A stretch of 64,000 nt of DNA from Sminthopsis crassicaudata. Lineage: Eukaryota. The first letter of the stretch is position 1. Each line of letters opens with the position of its first letter. The translations under genes and the position numbers were made by a program. The notes below the pieces were generated by a model that made no database searches, had not been told where the DNA came from, and was given only the letters and a program-made list of their open reading frames with translations. Shown one piece after another: positions 1-12,700 of this stretch. The stretch is taken from NCBI RefSeq assembly GCF_048593235.1, contig NC_133618.1, positions 48,022,478-48,086,477 on the forward strand, in the 5' to 3' direction.

Positions 1-3000
1 AAAGGGAGAAGGTTCAGTGAAGAACAAATGCGATACAGTGTATAAAGGCATTTTTTGAGACCTTAAGAAGCTATATAAAAGTGAACCATTGCTATTAATG
101 CCCAAGGCAAGTTTGGAGAAGATATGTGCCGTACACAGTTCAGTCCTTCTGTGCTCAGGACCCCAGACATCCCCCTTGGAAGTCTGGACTGCAGCTGCTT
201 TCCCTGTCCTTAGGGTTGGACGTGGTGTAAGTGGGGCTTGTGTTAGTTATGATCTCTCTGCTGATGGGTCTCAGATCTCTGCCTGCAGCCCTCACCTCTC
301 CTGAGCTGTGTGTCACTAACTGCCTCTGGGACATCTCACACTTAGCCATCTAAAACACAACTCATTACTTTTTCCCCAAAACCCTCCTCTCTTTGCCTTT
401 TATTGTCAAGGGTGCCCACCTGGGCACCCAGTATCTGTGGCAGCCTCAGTTCCTCACTGGAACTACATATCTAATTTGTGACCAAGCTTTCTTGGATCTT
501 CCCTCACCCTGGCGCAGGCCCTCAAAACCCCAGTCACTCTCCATGCCAGTCCTTGCTCCCCTCGGCCACTTTGCTAAAGTGAAGATCTGCCCACATCACC
601 CCCACCCCCAGCTACCAAGCTCCAGAAGCAGATATAAAATGCCAGATTTCTCTGAAATCGTCCCCTCCTTCTCTCCTGAGTATAGCTGTACTCCCTCACA
701 TTCACGCTCTGTCCCTGATTCCAACGTTCCCAGGCTGGGCGCCCCTAGGGCTCTGCCTCTGAGACATCTCGAAAGGAGCCACTGGCAGTAGTTTGGTCAT
801 ACAGGCCCTTTCTCTTTCCTCAGACTTTTTTTGAGGAATAGTCCAAGTAGTGGAATGGACCAAAGGGTATGTACAAGCGAGTAATTGGGGGGCACAGCTG
901 TACCCTACCTCCCAGAATGGCTCTTTTCCAACCTTCTTAAATATTCCCCTCTCTAAAGTCTCACAGTCCAGTTCTGCCAACCTTGTTTCATTTCCCGACC
1001 GCACCCCTCCCTCTTGGCTGCGATCTGTACCTGGGATGTTCTCCGTCCTTACTTCTATCTCCCAGTTTCCCTGGATTCTTTTAAGACTGCTCAAACCTTC
1101 CCCCCCCCCTTTTTTTTTTGCAAGGCAATTAGAGTTGAGTGACTTGTTCAGGATCACACAGCTAATAAGTGCTGAGTGTCTGAGGCCAGATTTAACTACA
1201 GGGCCCCTTACTCTCCCCACTGCCCCAAACCTCTCCTTGAAGAGCCTTTCCAGGTCTCTCCTCACTAAACTGTCTTCTCTCAGAGATTGCCTTCCATTTC
1301 TACTGCATACATCTTGTTTGTGCAATATTTTGTAGATTGTCTTCCCAATTAGAATGTAAAGTCCTTGAGGGTAAGGACCATACTTCTATCTCTATATCCC
1401 CAGAACTTGTTCCAGCACTTAGTGAAGTAGATACTTCACTCAGCAATTGAGTGACCCGAGCCAATTCCAATCAACTTGGGATGGAAAATACCATCTGCAT
1501 CAAAGAAACCAAATTCTTGTTTTCTACTGCAAAAGACTCATAAAGAGGAGACAGAGGAAAGGGGAAGGGTGGCAGTAAGCAAGAGGCAAAACTATTGACT
1601 GACAACTTTGTGTTGGGCACTTGGCTAAGTGCTGGGTAAGTGAAGGAAAAAAAAAAAAATTAATCCCAAACAGCACACATTCTATTGGGAGATATACACA
1701 CAAGAGTAAATATAAATATATATGTGCGTGTGTCTATATAAAAAAAGACACAGAATAAATATAAATAAATGTGTATGTGTGTCTATATACACATACAGCA
1801 AAAATGTATATGTGTATATATATATATTACACATATATGTATATATATTACATAGAAATGCACATACCCATTAGATACATAAGTATAATTTTGGTTGGGA
1901 GAATCCAGTTTTATAGAATATCAGAAAAAGCCTCATGTGAAAGGTGATGCCTGACCTGAGCTGTGAAAAAACTGGGGCTTCCAAGAGCTAGGGTTGAAAA
2001 GTCATTCCAGGCTCTGGGCACAGCCTGTTCAAAGGAGTGGGAGATGAGGGCATCATATTGGAGGAACAAGAAAGCTTTCTGGGGGAACATAGAAAGCAAA
2101 TAACCCATAAATAGGGAGAAGCTTGGGGTTGGTCATCTGCAGAATGACGTGCAGAATGATGGGTTCGAGAGTACTCGTGGAAGGGTTGGTAAACTAGAAA
2201 ACAGCTGGGTGAAGATCTCTACACCAGAGCTCAGTTCACATGGGAATCTTACAAATGGACAGACTCAGAGGCCAGCTGTGACTGGCTACAAGTAAGACAC
2301 ACAATCCAGTGGGGAAAAGGCTAGAGAGGCTTCCTTTAAGGTCTGCTCTGTTTGTGCTAAGGGTCATGCTAATCCAGAAGGCACTTGGACATCTGCCAAG
2401 TTTTCCCTCCTATGTGCAGCTAGCCAGTCCACCTTAGCCACAGAGGGGGGAGATGGCCACTTCTATTTTTCTTTCCAGTTGTGTGCCATCTGAAACTGAG
2501 GTTTCAGAGCACCCTAAATTTTGCATTTTAATTGATTTATTGATAGAACCTAATGTCTACACAACCAACTTGTTTTGTAACAATTTCAATTTAAATGAAG
2601 TTTATTGCATGAAATTTCATCTTCACAACCTTTATCCCTTCCTTTTCATTCACTTTTCCTTTTGTGTGTTCAGGTTGGTTGGACTTTGTCCTATACTGAT
2701 TGCAATTCCTAAAGACATCCCCTAATTTATATTCCTCATATGTGTTCCATTGTCAGTATGCCACAATTTATATAAACATTTCCTGTTTTGGGACATGTAT
2801 TCTCACTGTTTTGCAATTACAAATAAGGCTGATAGGAAAACTTTTAACAAATTCCTCCTTTTTTTTTGTTTTTGATAACATCTTTAGAGTAGAGACCTCT
2901 ATCTGCCTCAGTTTCCTAAGTTGTAACATAATAACAGCGCCTTCCTCCTAAAGTAATTGTGAGGCTCAAATGAGAGAATGTATGTGAAGAGCTAGCACGG

Positions 3001-3051
3001 TGTCTGACACACAATAGCTGCTCAGTAAATCGCTTTTCGGTTTCTCTGCAG

Positions 3052-3156
3052 TGGTGCCGATGATCTGTTACCCATCCTGTCTTATGTGGTGTTGAAGAGT
3101 AACCTCCCCCAGCTGGTGTCTGAGTGTGCAGCCCTGGAGGAATTCATCCACGAGGG
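3052..3156 (+). CDS. VPS9D1: VPS9 domain-containing protein 1, penultimate coding exon
   Basis: Acceptor tttctctgcag, donor GG|gtag. Translates (x)[34 protein letters not shown](G), the VPS9-domain GADDLLP motif as in human VPS9D1. Upstream exons were not found and probably lie left of the window. Confidence 0.95.
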
Positions 3157-4419
3157 GTAGGGGTGAGATCAATGCTGAAAGGGCCAGGGAGGCTGGAAGA
3201 GATAAGGGTGGGCTCCTGTGAATCTTTCAGGAAGGGCTTGCTCCTCTTTGAACTGAAATTTGGCTGCTGGAAGGAGATTTGGAGAAAGGGCTAGAATTGG
3301 TCCCAGAAGTCCGGGAACTCTTGGCTGGGTCACTGATCGGGTCAGTCAACATCCTGGGTCGTGATTCAGAAATACTCTATAATTAGCAGTCATTACACAG
3401 ATAGTTACATGGAGTGGGTGCTTTCCTTGCCATGGCCCTGTTTATCTTAAAATTGTTTAGTCTCTCTCTTTCCCATACATACCCTGCTGACTTTGTTCAA
3501 CCTGGAGTCTCTCCTTAAATCCTCTCCTCTTTCTAGGAAGTTAATAAGAGCATTGACTCCTTAGGCCTTTTTTTTTTTTTTTTTTTTTTTAAGCTGAAAT
3601 CATTAGAAGACAAACAGAAAAGAAAGATATAATTATGTCATCCCCACTCTCCCTTCCATTGTGTCCTCCCTTTGCCCTCATCACCATGGATGTGGGAAGA
3701 AAAGGCAGGAAGTCACCCCTCTCTGGGGTCAGAGCCATTTGCTCACTAGCTGACAGTTCTGCTTATGAAACTGGACATCTTGGCAGCCTCCCTGGGGTAT
3801 GACTTGGGAAGCAAGCTGAACCACTGGACCTTGGAGTCATCTGAACCTTAATGTGATAGGACAGGAAAGGGAGGGAGACCGAAGGTAAAGGTGGAGCTTG
3901 AATGTTATGGAAAGCAATATCTCTGGGAGCATAGGCACCTGCCAGAGAGACCTCGGAGCTGTTTGGACCCCTGCCTTCCAGTCACTTAGCCATTTCTTGG
4001 AGCTGTCTTCCTCAGTCTCTTGGGGTATACACAGACAGAGCTCCTCTCATTCTCAGCAAGGCCACATTTTTTATTTACAAGGGCAAGAGTTGCTAAGATC
4101 CATAACCCTTTGGCCCATCAAATGTCCTCCAGGTTGGATAAAAACTGGAGTGTCAGTTTGTAGAGTTGAGTATATCTCTAACTTCACCATGAGCTCCCTA
4201 TTCCATTGGAGCCTTTGGGTCTCCAGGGCACTGCACCCAATAGGTGCTCAGTAAATGCTTATTGAGGTTCCTTCCAGCTTCTTGGTCTGCTGCGGGCAGA
4301 AGCAAATGAAGCAGCTGCATGTGCCCGACATTGGAGGGACTTCAGCCCAGGTGTGACGCAGAGACCGATGGCACAGGGTTGCCACCCTGACAGTGGCTTC
4401 TGTATGACTTTTGTGCCAG

Positions 4420-4513
4420 GTATCTGATTGGAGAAGAAGGCTACTGTCTGACCTCGCTACAGAGTGCCCTGAGCTATGTGGAACTGCTGCCACGGGGGGC
4501 TTTGGTGAAGTAG
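4420..4513 (+). CDS. VPS9D1: VPS9D1 last coding exon
   Basis: Acceptor gtgccag; phase 2 matches the previous exon. (G)[30 protein letters not shown], near-identical to the human C-terminus. Confidence 0.95.
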
Positions 4514-6724
4514 CGGGAAGGAAGGCGCTACCTTAGTCCCACCGGTCCGTGGAGGAGGATGGATCAGCCATCCCTGGGAGATCCCTGAAGACCTTCAGCC
4601 ATCTATTCCTCCCCTTCTTCCTGGAGGAAGCCCCACCATCCTTAGAGACAGAGCTGAGAGACCTCCACCTCCAAAGCTGAGCTTGCCCATAGCAGGCAGT
4701 TGGAGAATGCTCTCCTAGCTTTATTTATCTTCAAGTTCTTCTAACCTCTGTGTACCAGAGGCAGCAGAACATTTGGGAAATGGGCACAAACCTTTAAAAA
4801 TGTGGTTTCTGCCCTTCATCTCCTAGGCTTTTTTAACTCCTCCTTGAATCAGCTCCCAACACAGGCAGCTAGTGACAGGACTGGTGTCCCCAAACCAGCT
4901 TTCCCCAGAGCCCTGGGCATCTGCTTTCCGTTCTATAAGACTAGGGATGGGGAAAAGGCCTTCAACAGTCGGGATACTCCTGAACCTTCCGAGATGAGCC
5001 CCTGGCTGCTTGCACTTGCTTCTGTGAATGCAGCTGTAGGCATTAAATGAGGCAGCTAGGAAGTCTTATTATCAATCCTGGGGCTGGTTCCCTTAGTCAT
5101 TGCTGTGACCCTCTCTCCTCTGTCAAGGCTGCCTCCCTAGCTCCCCGCTGTCTGGCTTGTCCTGAAAGAGTGGCTCTGTTCTTAATTGCTAACATGGAGG
5201 CCAAAAGCCTTGAAGTTGGTGTGACAAGCTCCATGCCCCGTCCCCTCGAGCAGGGCCCTGGGGGACGTTCCGTCCATTCCCCAATGTGGCTCCATCAGAG
5301 CCTAAGAGGTTGTGTGTCCTCAAAGAGGGAGAACAAGTGCTGAAGGGGAACAGAAGAAAGGGTAAGGGGCCCAGCTAAGAAAACTGAAGGAAGAAATTGA
5401 ATTTTGCTCCTACTCAAGTCAGCAAGCTAGAGGGAAGACTGTACCCTGCACCTGACCGGGAGGGGCTTTCAGCCCCCTGGACCAGGATGAGCTCCAGGTG
5501 TGGAGGATGGGCTCCAAAGCAAGCAGTGGAGCCGGCACTGGCAAAGAGGCTGCCCAACCTGCAGCCTGTGCCCATATCCATCTCGCCAACAGCTCTAAGC
5601 CCTGGATGCCCGACTAGGGCAGTGGTGACCCTCCAAACTCAGGCTGTGAGGTGGTTTTCCAACCCCTTCCCGATAGAAGAATCCCGAGGTCCTAGCCTGG
5701 GAAGTCCCAGCCTGAGCTGCTTTAGAGACCGCACTCAGAAAAGAGCAGGCCCAGAATCAAATGTCTGATTATAGTCAGTGGACAGGAGCTGCCATGTCCC
5801 TTAGAATCGTCTCCTCCTGCCCCTCTCCACAAAGCCTGAATGCAAAGGGAAGGGAGTTCTCTGCAGACCCCCAAACTTTGGTGCTAGACAGGGAGAACCC
5901 TGCTGTGGGGAGGGGGGGCAGGCTTGGGAACTTAGGGGGCTGCACTTTCCAGGCTGAGCACAACAGGATCACTGTTTGAGCTTAACATTCACTGAGGACT
6001 CCTCGGTATGATCTCTGTTGAGGGGCTGGGGCCTTCCTTGGAGATGGATTTCTTCTAAGAAACCAAGTTGCAGAGGGATGTAGGCTTCTGGGCTTTGTTT
6101 TTTTCTTCCCCCTGTGACTGGTTATACTAACACTGTATTGTAGTTCTTTATGGGGCCAGACTGTCCTAGAGATCCCCCTAGAAAGGCCCAGGATTCTTAA
6201 GCTATTTTGAGATAGAAACAATTGTACTATATTTATTTATTTATTTGTTCGGTGTGCCTTGCTATACCCTAGAATTCATCTGGGAGAGCCTGGGATGATT
6301 GCTCTCCCTGTCTTAGGGATGCTGAGGCTTATCTTAGGCTGCTCGCTCCCCTCCCTGGCCTCCCTCCTGTTTGTTCCCTGCAGCCCAGGCGTTCTTTGTC
6401 CCTTCCCCCTCACGAGGGAAGCTCTTCAGGACCTCTGGTTCTCAGAGAGCCCCTTCTTGCACTCGTGGCCCTTGCCCATAGTGGAGCTGATTTGGCTCTC
6501 TCCTGGACCCAGGCTTTTCACTTCAAATTAGGATTTTCCCCTTGACTTTCCTTGTGTTCTCTCCTAAGTCAGTGTGAGTCCTTTGATATCCTATGGGCAA
6601 AAGCTAATTCGCCCTCCCATTATCTTTGGAAAGGGCCCTGGGTGGGACAGACTTCACCTTGACTTTGGCCCCATGCACCTGGACTGTGATAGTGTGTGTG
6701 AAAGACAGGCCGGGAGGCTTGGGA

Positions 6725-6730
6725 AATAAA
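6725..6730 (+). terminator. Candidate VPS9D1 poly(A) signal AATAAA
   Basis: First canonical AATAAA I found after the stop (an ATTAAA lies at 5042-5047), followed by GT/T-rich sequence. Usage is inferred. Confidence 0.4.
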
Positions 6731-7092
6731 CAGGTCACTACTAGCCTTGTTCCTGCCTGGTTGCTTTCACACATTGATAGCCTTAGGGGTTTGCGTTTCT
6801 CCTACAGCCACCCCGCTTCCTTTGCATGTAGATATGGTAAAAGGCCTCCATAGGCCCCTGGGAGGAGGGCTCTGCAGGAGGATGGGCAGAAGAATGCTTC
6901 ATGTTGCACAGTTCTCACTGGGAAACTCCAAGAAAATGTCCAGGGCTACCTGAACAAATTTTGAGGGCCCTTAAGGAACAGGGAGAGAGGCCATTTTGAA
7001 GGGATGGATACCCCCTATCCTAGCTCAATCCAGGAAGAGATTTAATATTAGAGATGGATAAGCAGTCTTGGGTTGGGAAATGGGTTATAAAT

Positions 7093-7315
7093 CAGAGGTT
7101 CTTAGTCTGGAGTTCATGGAGAAATTTCAGGGATTTTGTGAATTTGGAGGGAAAATAATTGCATCTTTATTTTCAATAACATTTTGTTTGCTTTATAATG
7201 TTATTTACTTTATGCATTTGAAGGCATTGTTTTGAAAAAGGGTACTTAGGTTTCACATAGGCTTTGTAGAGCCAAAGATGGCTACAACGTTAAAAAAAAT
7301 AAATTAAGAACCTTG
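7093..7315. mobile_element. hAT-like MITE (DNA transposon remnant)
   Basis: Imperfect terminal inverted repeats cagaggttctta ... ttaagaaccttg around an AT-rich core. Similar remnants occur near 18030-18485, 19730-19900 and 24900-25010. Confidence 0.55.
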
Positions 7316-10014
7316 AAAAGCTGAGGTAGAAGGCATCATGAACACATGAAGAGTTAGGAGACAAGGAGAAAATCTGGTTCATCATGCCAAAGGGAGAGAA
7401 ATGTGCCTTTTTTTCAGGAACATTAAAAATTAATTGTGATTTGATTATTCTCTCAAGTCTCTTCCCCCAGACCAGCTGCAGAGGGGCTCCTGCCTCCCTT
7501 TATAAGGGGTAACAACTCTTGTTTTCAGGAATGACAGCTGGGAAAGGGCCAGTCCTTAACTCTCCAAACCAAAATCAGACCCTGGTCTTTCCTCCAAGCA
7601 GTTCCTTCTTGAGCCCTAACCCTACGATCCAGCCCTTGGGGGTCTGCATACTTTCATTTTTAGGAACCAGCCTCAGGGCAGGAGAAGTATTCTGAAATAT
7701 TACATGCAGGGGCCTTTCAGCTCTTTGTGTGAGGTATAAGAAGAAAAAAAGTGTTCAGGATTGGACTGGGGCTAGGATTCCAGCAGCTGTCTAAAATCAT
7801 ATCCTCAGCTAACCACGTGATCTGTGCTACCTGAGCTATACCTGAATCTCCCGAGGCCCCTAAGAATAGGGAGACCACTTTAGGGAGATGTGGGTGGGGT
7901 GTGGAAGAGGAGGAAAAAGTGAGTCTGGGGTTGCAAGTGTGATTTTGGAGGGTTGGGGAGAAGCCATGGAGAATACAAATATGGAGACATGATGCCCCTG
8001 CTTGTTTGTTAAATACTACACGGGATCACAAGTTAGCCATGGTCAAGCTTCTGAGAGTAGCAGGCCATAGGAGAGTTAATCAGAAACCATGGGAAGCATA
8101 AGCAGCCATCTCATAAAAGGGGAAACGGGCCATATCCAGGTCATCACCCCCTAGGTGCCTAGGACTCCTGTCCAGAGTCAAGAAGGCCCATCTCCTCCTG
8201 AGACTAGCTCCTTCTCCCCAGCAGCTGCTATCAGCCCCGAGGGTTTAAGAGTCCTAGATTTTAGAGCTTGAGTCTAGCAGTTAAAAAAATATATATTAAT
8301 CTCCAGATGTCCCTTTAAACCTTAGAGCCATCCCTAAGGAGGAAAGACACATGTCAAGCTGTATCAGCCACACCCCACTGCACCCCTGCTTCCCCACTGA
8401 GCCAAGTGCAACAGGGAATTAGGAAGAAAGAGACCTGATTTCCAGCCTATTTGCACCCCCAGAGCTGGGGGAAGGGGGAGTGGGGCAGCAAAAAACAGCC
8501 AGGTGCTTTGAGACTGGGAAGAAAAAGCCCTGAAAATGTGACCCAGAAAGAGAGGGGGGGAATGGGCAGTTTGAAATTTCCCACTGGAGAAGTGACTTTT
8601 GCCACCAAGAAGACAGTGTCCTGCTCCACCAGAATGAGGTGAGTGCCAAAAGGTAGAAAAATGGTCCTTGGGGAGCCAAGGGGAGGAGGGTGAGCAGCAA
8701 GATTCTGAATCCTTGAAGTTAGTTAAGCTTCCTGCCTGACCTCCTCTGGGAAGAGTCCTTTCTGAACCTGATCACCCAAGTCAGGAAGGGTGGGCCCTTG
8801 TTACTCCTTCCTTTGCCTTTCCCAAGTTTGGATCCCAAATCACAGAGTGACAGCTAGAAAGATCTTGGAGGTTATATCTGATTTTGCCCAGTCATACAGC
8901 AAGTTACTGGAACTTGTATCCAGTTCTCCTGAAATCTTTGTTCTTTCCACTGTGCTATGGTGCTTCCAAGGGTCCTGTCTGAGGCTTGTGAGCACATAAG
9001 AAGGGAAAAATACTTCGTCCCCAGTTCCTTTCTTGTGATATTCTACCGGTACATTTTCCATTCTGCTCTAAAACAGGCTGCAAAGTATCTGTTGGGTCAA
9101 GCAAATCTTCATGAGATAAAAATGGCTCTACTTCTTCCCTTCACTACAACAGTCCACTGGTATTCACTGTATTATTATATAATGACTAATCTTGGCCAGA
9201 CAAGCGATAGAGACCCACACTTGCCTCATTTCAATGGAGAGGTGAAGGACTAGAGTGAAATGTTGCATTTGCTGTCACTGGGCCAATCAACAAGTGTTTA
9301 CCAGGTGCTTATGGTGTGCCAGGCCTGGTCTGAATTTTAATTTCTGCTCCAAATGAAGGCTCACCAGAGCCACATCCAGAAATGGTGGTGACATAGAAAT
9401 AAAAGGCACCCACAAAACTTCCAAAGGAAAGGAAGTAGAGATTCCCCCCTAGAAAGTCACTGGGCAGATGCCCTTACTGCCTCTCCCTCCCTCCCCTACA
9501 GCGTGCTTTGAATTAGGACACGGGCATAGGAAAGGTAAGTGAATTTTCAGTGTCTGGAAGAGTCAAGTCATAGGTCCCTGATTGAACCCAATTGTCTTTT
9601 CCCTTCTAGAGTGTGGTGTAAGCAAGTCTTCCTGGCAAGGGCCCATGGGTTGGGCCCAGAGTTCTGCCACTTGAGTCACTGCCCCATCATCTCCAGGCTG
9701 AGGCTTGGTCTGATGATCTAACCTGGCCCTTTGTGGGACTGCCAAGTTCCTGTAGTTCCACCAGACCTGGAGGGCCATCAAGAGGTGTGGAAACCACCAG
9801 AGAACAATGGCTTTTGTTCCCATTTCCCTCTCGTCCCACAACTAGCTGGACACTCCAATCGGGAGGGTAAATTCAGTGTGTGGAATCTGTATGGAGGGGA
9901 AGTGAAAAAGAAGGAAACAGATAACCCCTGTATCTGAGGAGTGAAGTCTTATGAGGAAACAGGACCAAAATACTCCTCCAATACTTAAGCTGGCAACTAG
10001 GAAAATCAAATCAA

Positions 10015-10293
10015 GCCTGATGTGGTAGCATACACTTGTAGTCCCTACCACTGGGGCTAGTGGATTGCTTGAGCACTGGAGTTCTGAGCTCCAGTACTGG
10101 ATCGTTGGGGTGTCCACACTAAATTACACATTAATGAGGTAAGCTCCCGGAAACCGGGCATCACCAGGCTCTCTAAGGAAGGTTGGGGGAATAGAACCAA
10201 GATGGGATTGAGGCAATTCAGGAAGGGATAGCTCCTGCACTTCCAGCCTGAGCAAGACAGAGAGGCTCAGCCTTAAAAATAAAACAAAATAAA
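10015..10293 (+). pseudogene. 7SL (SRP RNA) retrocopy
   Basis: Colinear with 7SL RNA: Alu-like left arm (cttgtagtccc...gattgcttgagc...ggagttctgagct), S domain (gggtgtccacactaa...ctcccgga...caccagg...ctaaggaagg), right end (gcacttccagcctgagcaagacagagag) and an A-rich tail. Confidence 0.85.
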
Positions 10294-10451
10294 GTGGTAA
10301 GTAGGGGCAGCTCATTTGGGCCAAGTTTCTGAACGGCTCCACTTCTTCCCTTCACCACAACAGTCCATTGGTATTTCACTGTATTATTATATAATGACTA
10401 ATCTTGGCCCCAGACAAGTGATGGAGACCCACACTTGCCTCATTTCACTAG

Positions 10452-10583
10452 AGGGGCAAAGAACTAGTGTACTGGCCCTGAAGTCAAAAGGACCCGAGTT
10501 CTAAATCTGGAATCAGACACTTAGCACTTCCTGGCTGTGTGACCCTGGGCAAGTCACTTAACCCCAATTGTCTCAGCAAAAAA
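10452..10583 (+). mobile_element. WSINE1-type CORE-SINE
   Basis: B-box-like ggacccgagttctaaatc, cagacacttagcacttcctggctgtgtgaccctgggcaagtcacttaacccc and an A tail. Confidence 0.8.
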
Positions 10584-11184
10584 TAATTGCTAAGTATTTA
10601 TTGAATATCTACTATGTGCAGGCACATGGAAGAGGAGTGTTGAAGGAATGATAATAATAGCACTTGGGTCATACTCTGATGTTTTCCAAAACCCTTTCTT
10701 ATCACAGCCCTTTCAATAAGGAATCCAAAGAAAGGCAAATAAAACCAAACCAGTCATTACCCCGAAGAAGCTCCCGGCTAACAGGGGAGGATGATATGGA
10801 AATGGCTATATACAAAGAAGATTCATATAAGATAGACTGAGAATAATCTTGAAGGGAATTCCAAGAGGTAGCACACAGTCTGGCCCCAGCCACACCGCTC
10901 TGGGTAGAGCTCTGATGTGGTTATCTAGATTAGACTTCAGGCCTTCTCACTCAAGCTGGATTAGATTATTCTTATCTCAGACTTGGCATTTCCCAACTTT
11001 ATTCCCAGCTGTCCACACTCATTTCACATGCTTTCCCTCACTTGGCAACCTTCTGCAGTCTAGTTTTCAGCTAAAACTGCTCTGGGTTAAAGCCAGTGGA
11101 CTCTTCTAAGTCATTTTTCTTGACCTCAGCAGCATTTAGGTAATTAACCCGTGCCCGGTTAATTCTGTTTTCCAAAACATTCCT

Positions 11185-11643
11185 TGTTATTGTTCTATAA
11201 GAAATGACCAGCAGGATGATTTCAGAGAGGCCTGATGCTAAGCGAAATGAGCAAAACCAGGAGATCGTTGTACTCGGCAATAACAAGACTACGATGATCA
11301 ATTCTGATGGACACGGCTCTCTTCAACAATCAGTTCCAATTGTGATGAAGAGAATCAGAGGAGGACTGTGGGAACAGATTGTGGGCCCAACATAGCATTC
11401 TCACTCTTTTTGCTGTTGTTCGCTTGCATTTTGTTTTCCTTCTCTTTTTTTCTTTTTTTAATCTGATTTTTCTTGTGCAGCATGACAATTGTGGAAATAT
11501 GTATAGAAGAATTATACATGCTTAACATAATTTGGATTACTTGCTATCTAGCAGAGGAGATGGAGGGGAGGGAAGGAGAAAAAAATTGGAACACAAGATT
11601 TTGCAACAGTTAATATTGAAAACTATCTATGCATGTGTTTTGA
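11185..11643 (+). mobile_element. Marsupial L1 3' end
   Basis: Typical marsupial L1 3'UTR segments (aagaaatgaccagcaggatgatttcagagaggcc...tctgatttttcttgtgcagcatgac...ggaacacaagattttgcaa). Similar pieces lie at ~19160-19560 and ~21170-21490. Confidence 0.75.
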
Positions 11644-11719
11644 AGTATTCCTTGGTTTTCCTGACTGCCTTTCTGGTCTTTTTTCTACTTGCACCCACCA
11701 TCCAAGCTTGGGTTTGTCC

Positions 11720-12700
11720 TTGGCCCTCTTCTTTTCTGCCTCTACACACCCTGTGATCCTATTAGTTTCCATGGGCTCCATTGCCATCTCTATGCAGAAG
11801 AGTCCTAGATCTTTTTTAATCCAGCCCTAATTTCTCTCCTGAAATTCAGTCCCATGTGACTAGCCTGATGGACACCTTCACTTGGTCCCAAGAGATATCT
11901 CAAACTCAGCATACCAAAAATGGAACTCATTGCTTTCTCTCTAAATCTGCCACTTCTCCACTTCCTATTTTTATCGAGGGGACAGACTTCCAGGTTCACA
12001 GCTTAGAAATTATTCTTCACTTTCCATTTTCACTTTTATATTCATTCATTTACAAAGGTTGTTTTCAATTCTACCTTTCTAGTGTCTGCTTGATCAATCC
12101 ACAACCATTTATTAAATGCCTGCTATTTAACAAGCACTGTACTAGACCTTGGAGATACAAATTGCAAAGAATGAAACCATCCCCACTCAATAAGCTTATC
12201 TAGTCACTGGCCCTGGAGCCTTAATCACCTCTTATCTGGACCATATTACATCAGCCTCCTTATGGAGATCCTGGCATCTGGTCTCTCCTCCCAATCCACC
12301 ATTCCCATAGCTGACAAAATAATCTTCCTACTGCACTGATCATGTCACTGGACAGTTTCAGGAACTTCCAATGACTCCCCAGTGTCTCCCAGATAAAATA
12401 CAGACTTCCTAATTTGGTACTGAAAGCACTTCACAATCTGACTCCAGCCAACCTTTCTAGACGTTGCACTTCATGTACTCTATGGTCCAGTCAAGTTGGC
12501 CTATCAGCTGTTCTCTCAATTCAGCAATCCTAGCTCCATTTCTGGAATGCCCTCCCTACTTACTGTCCCCCTTATTATTCTGAGTTTCCTTTAAAGCACA
12601 GCTCACATACTATCTCCTACAGAAATCTTTCCTATCCCCCAAAATTGTTAAAGGGCTCTCTCCTTCCTCAAATTATCTATTATATATGTCAACATACCTA
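11720..12700 (+). mobile_element. L2 LINE remnant
   Basis: Contains L2 hallmarks (gatatctcaaactcagcataccaaaaatggaactcatt; gccttaatcacctcttatctggaccatattac). Boundaries are approximate. Confidence 0.65.

Noticed and set aside
89-304. ORF with TAAAF, a possible preceding VPS9D1 exon
   Set aside because: No suitable acceptor/donor pair in the right phase and no convincing similarity; that exon probably lies upstream of the window.
8451-8642. Short + strand ORF ending at a donor-like GAG|gtgagt
   Set aside because: No recognisable protein similarity and no partner exon found.
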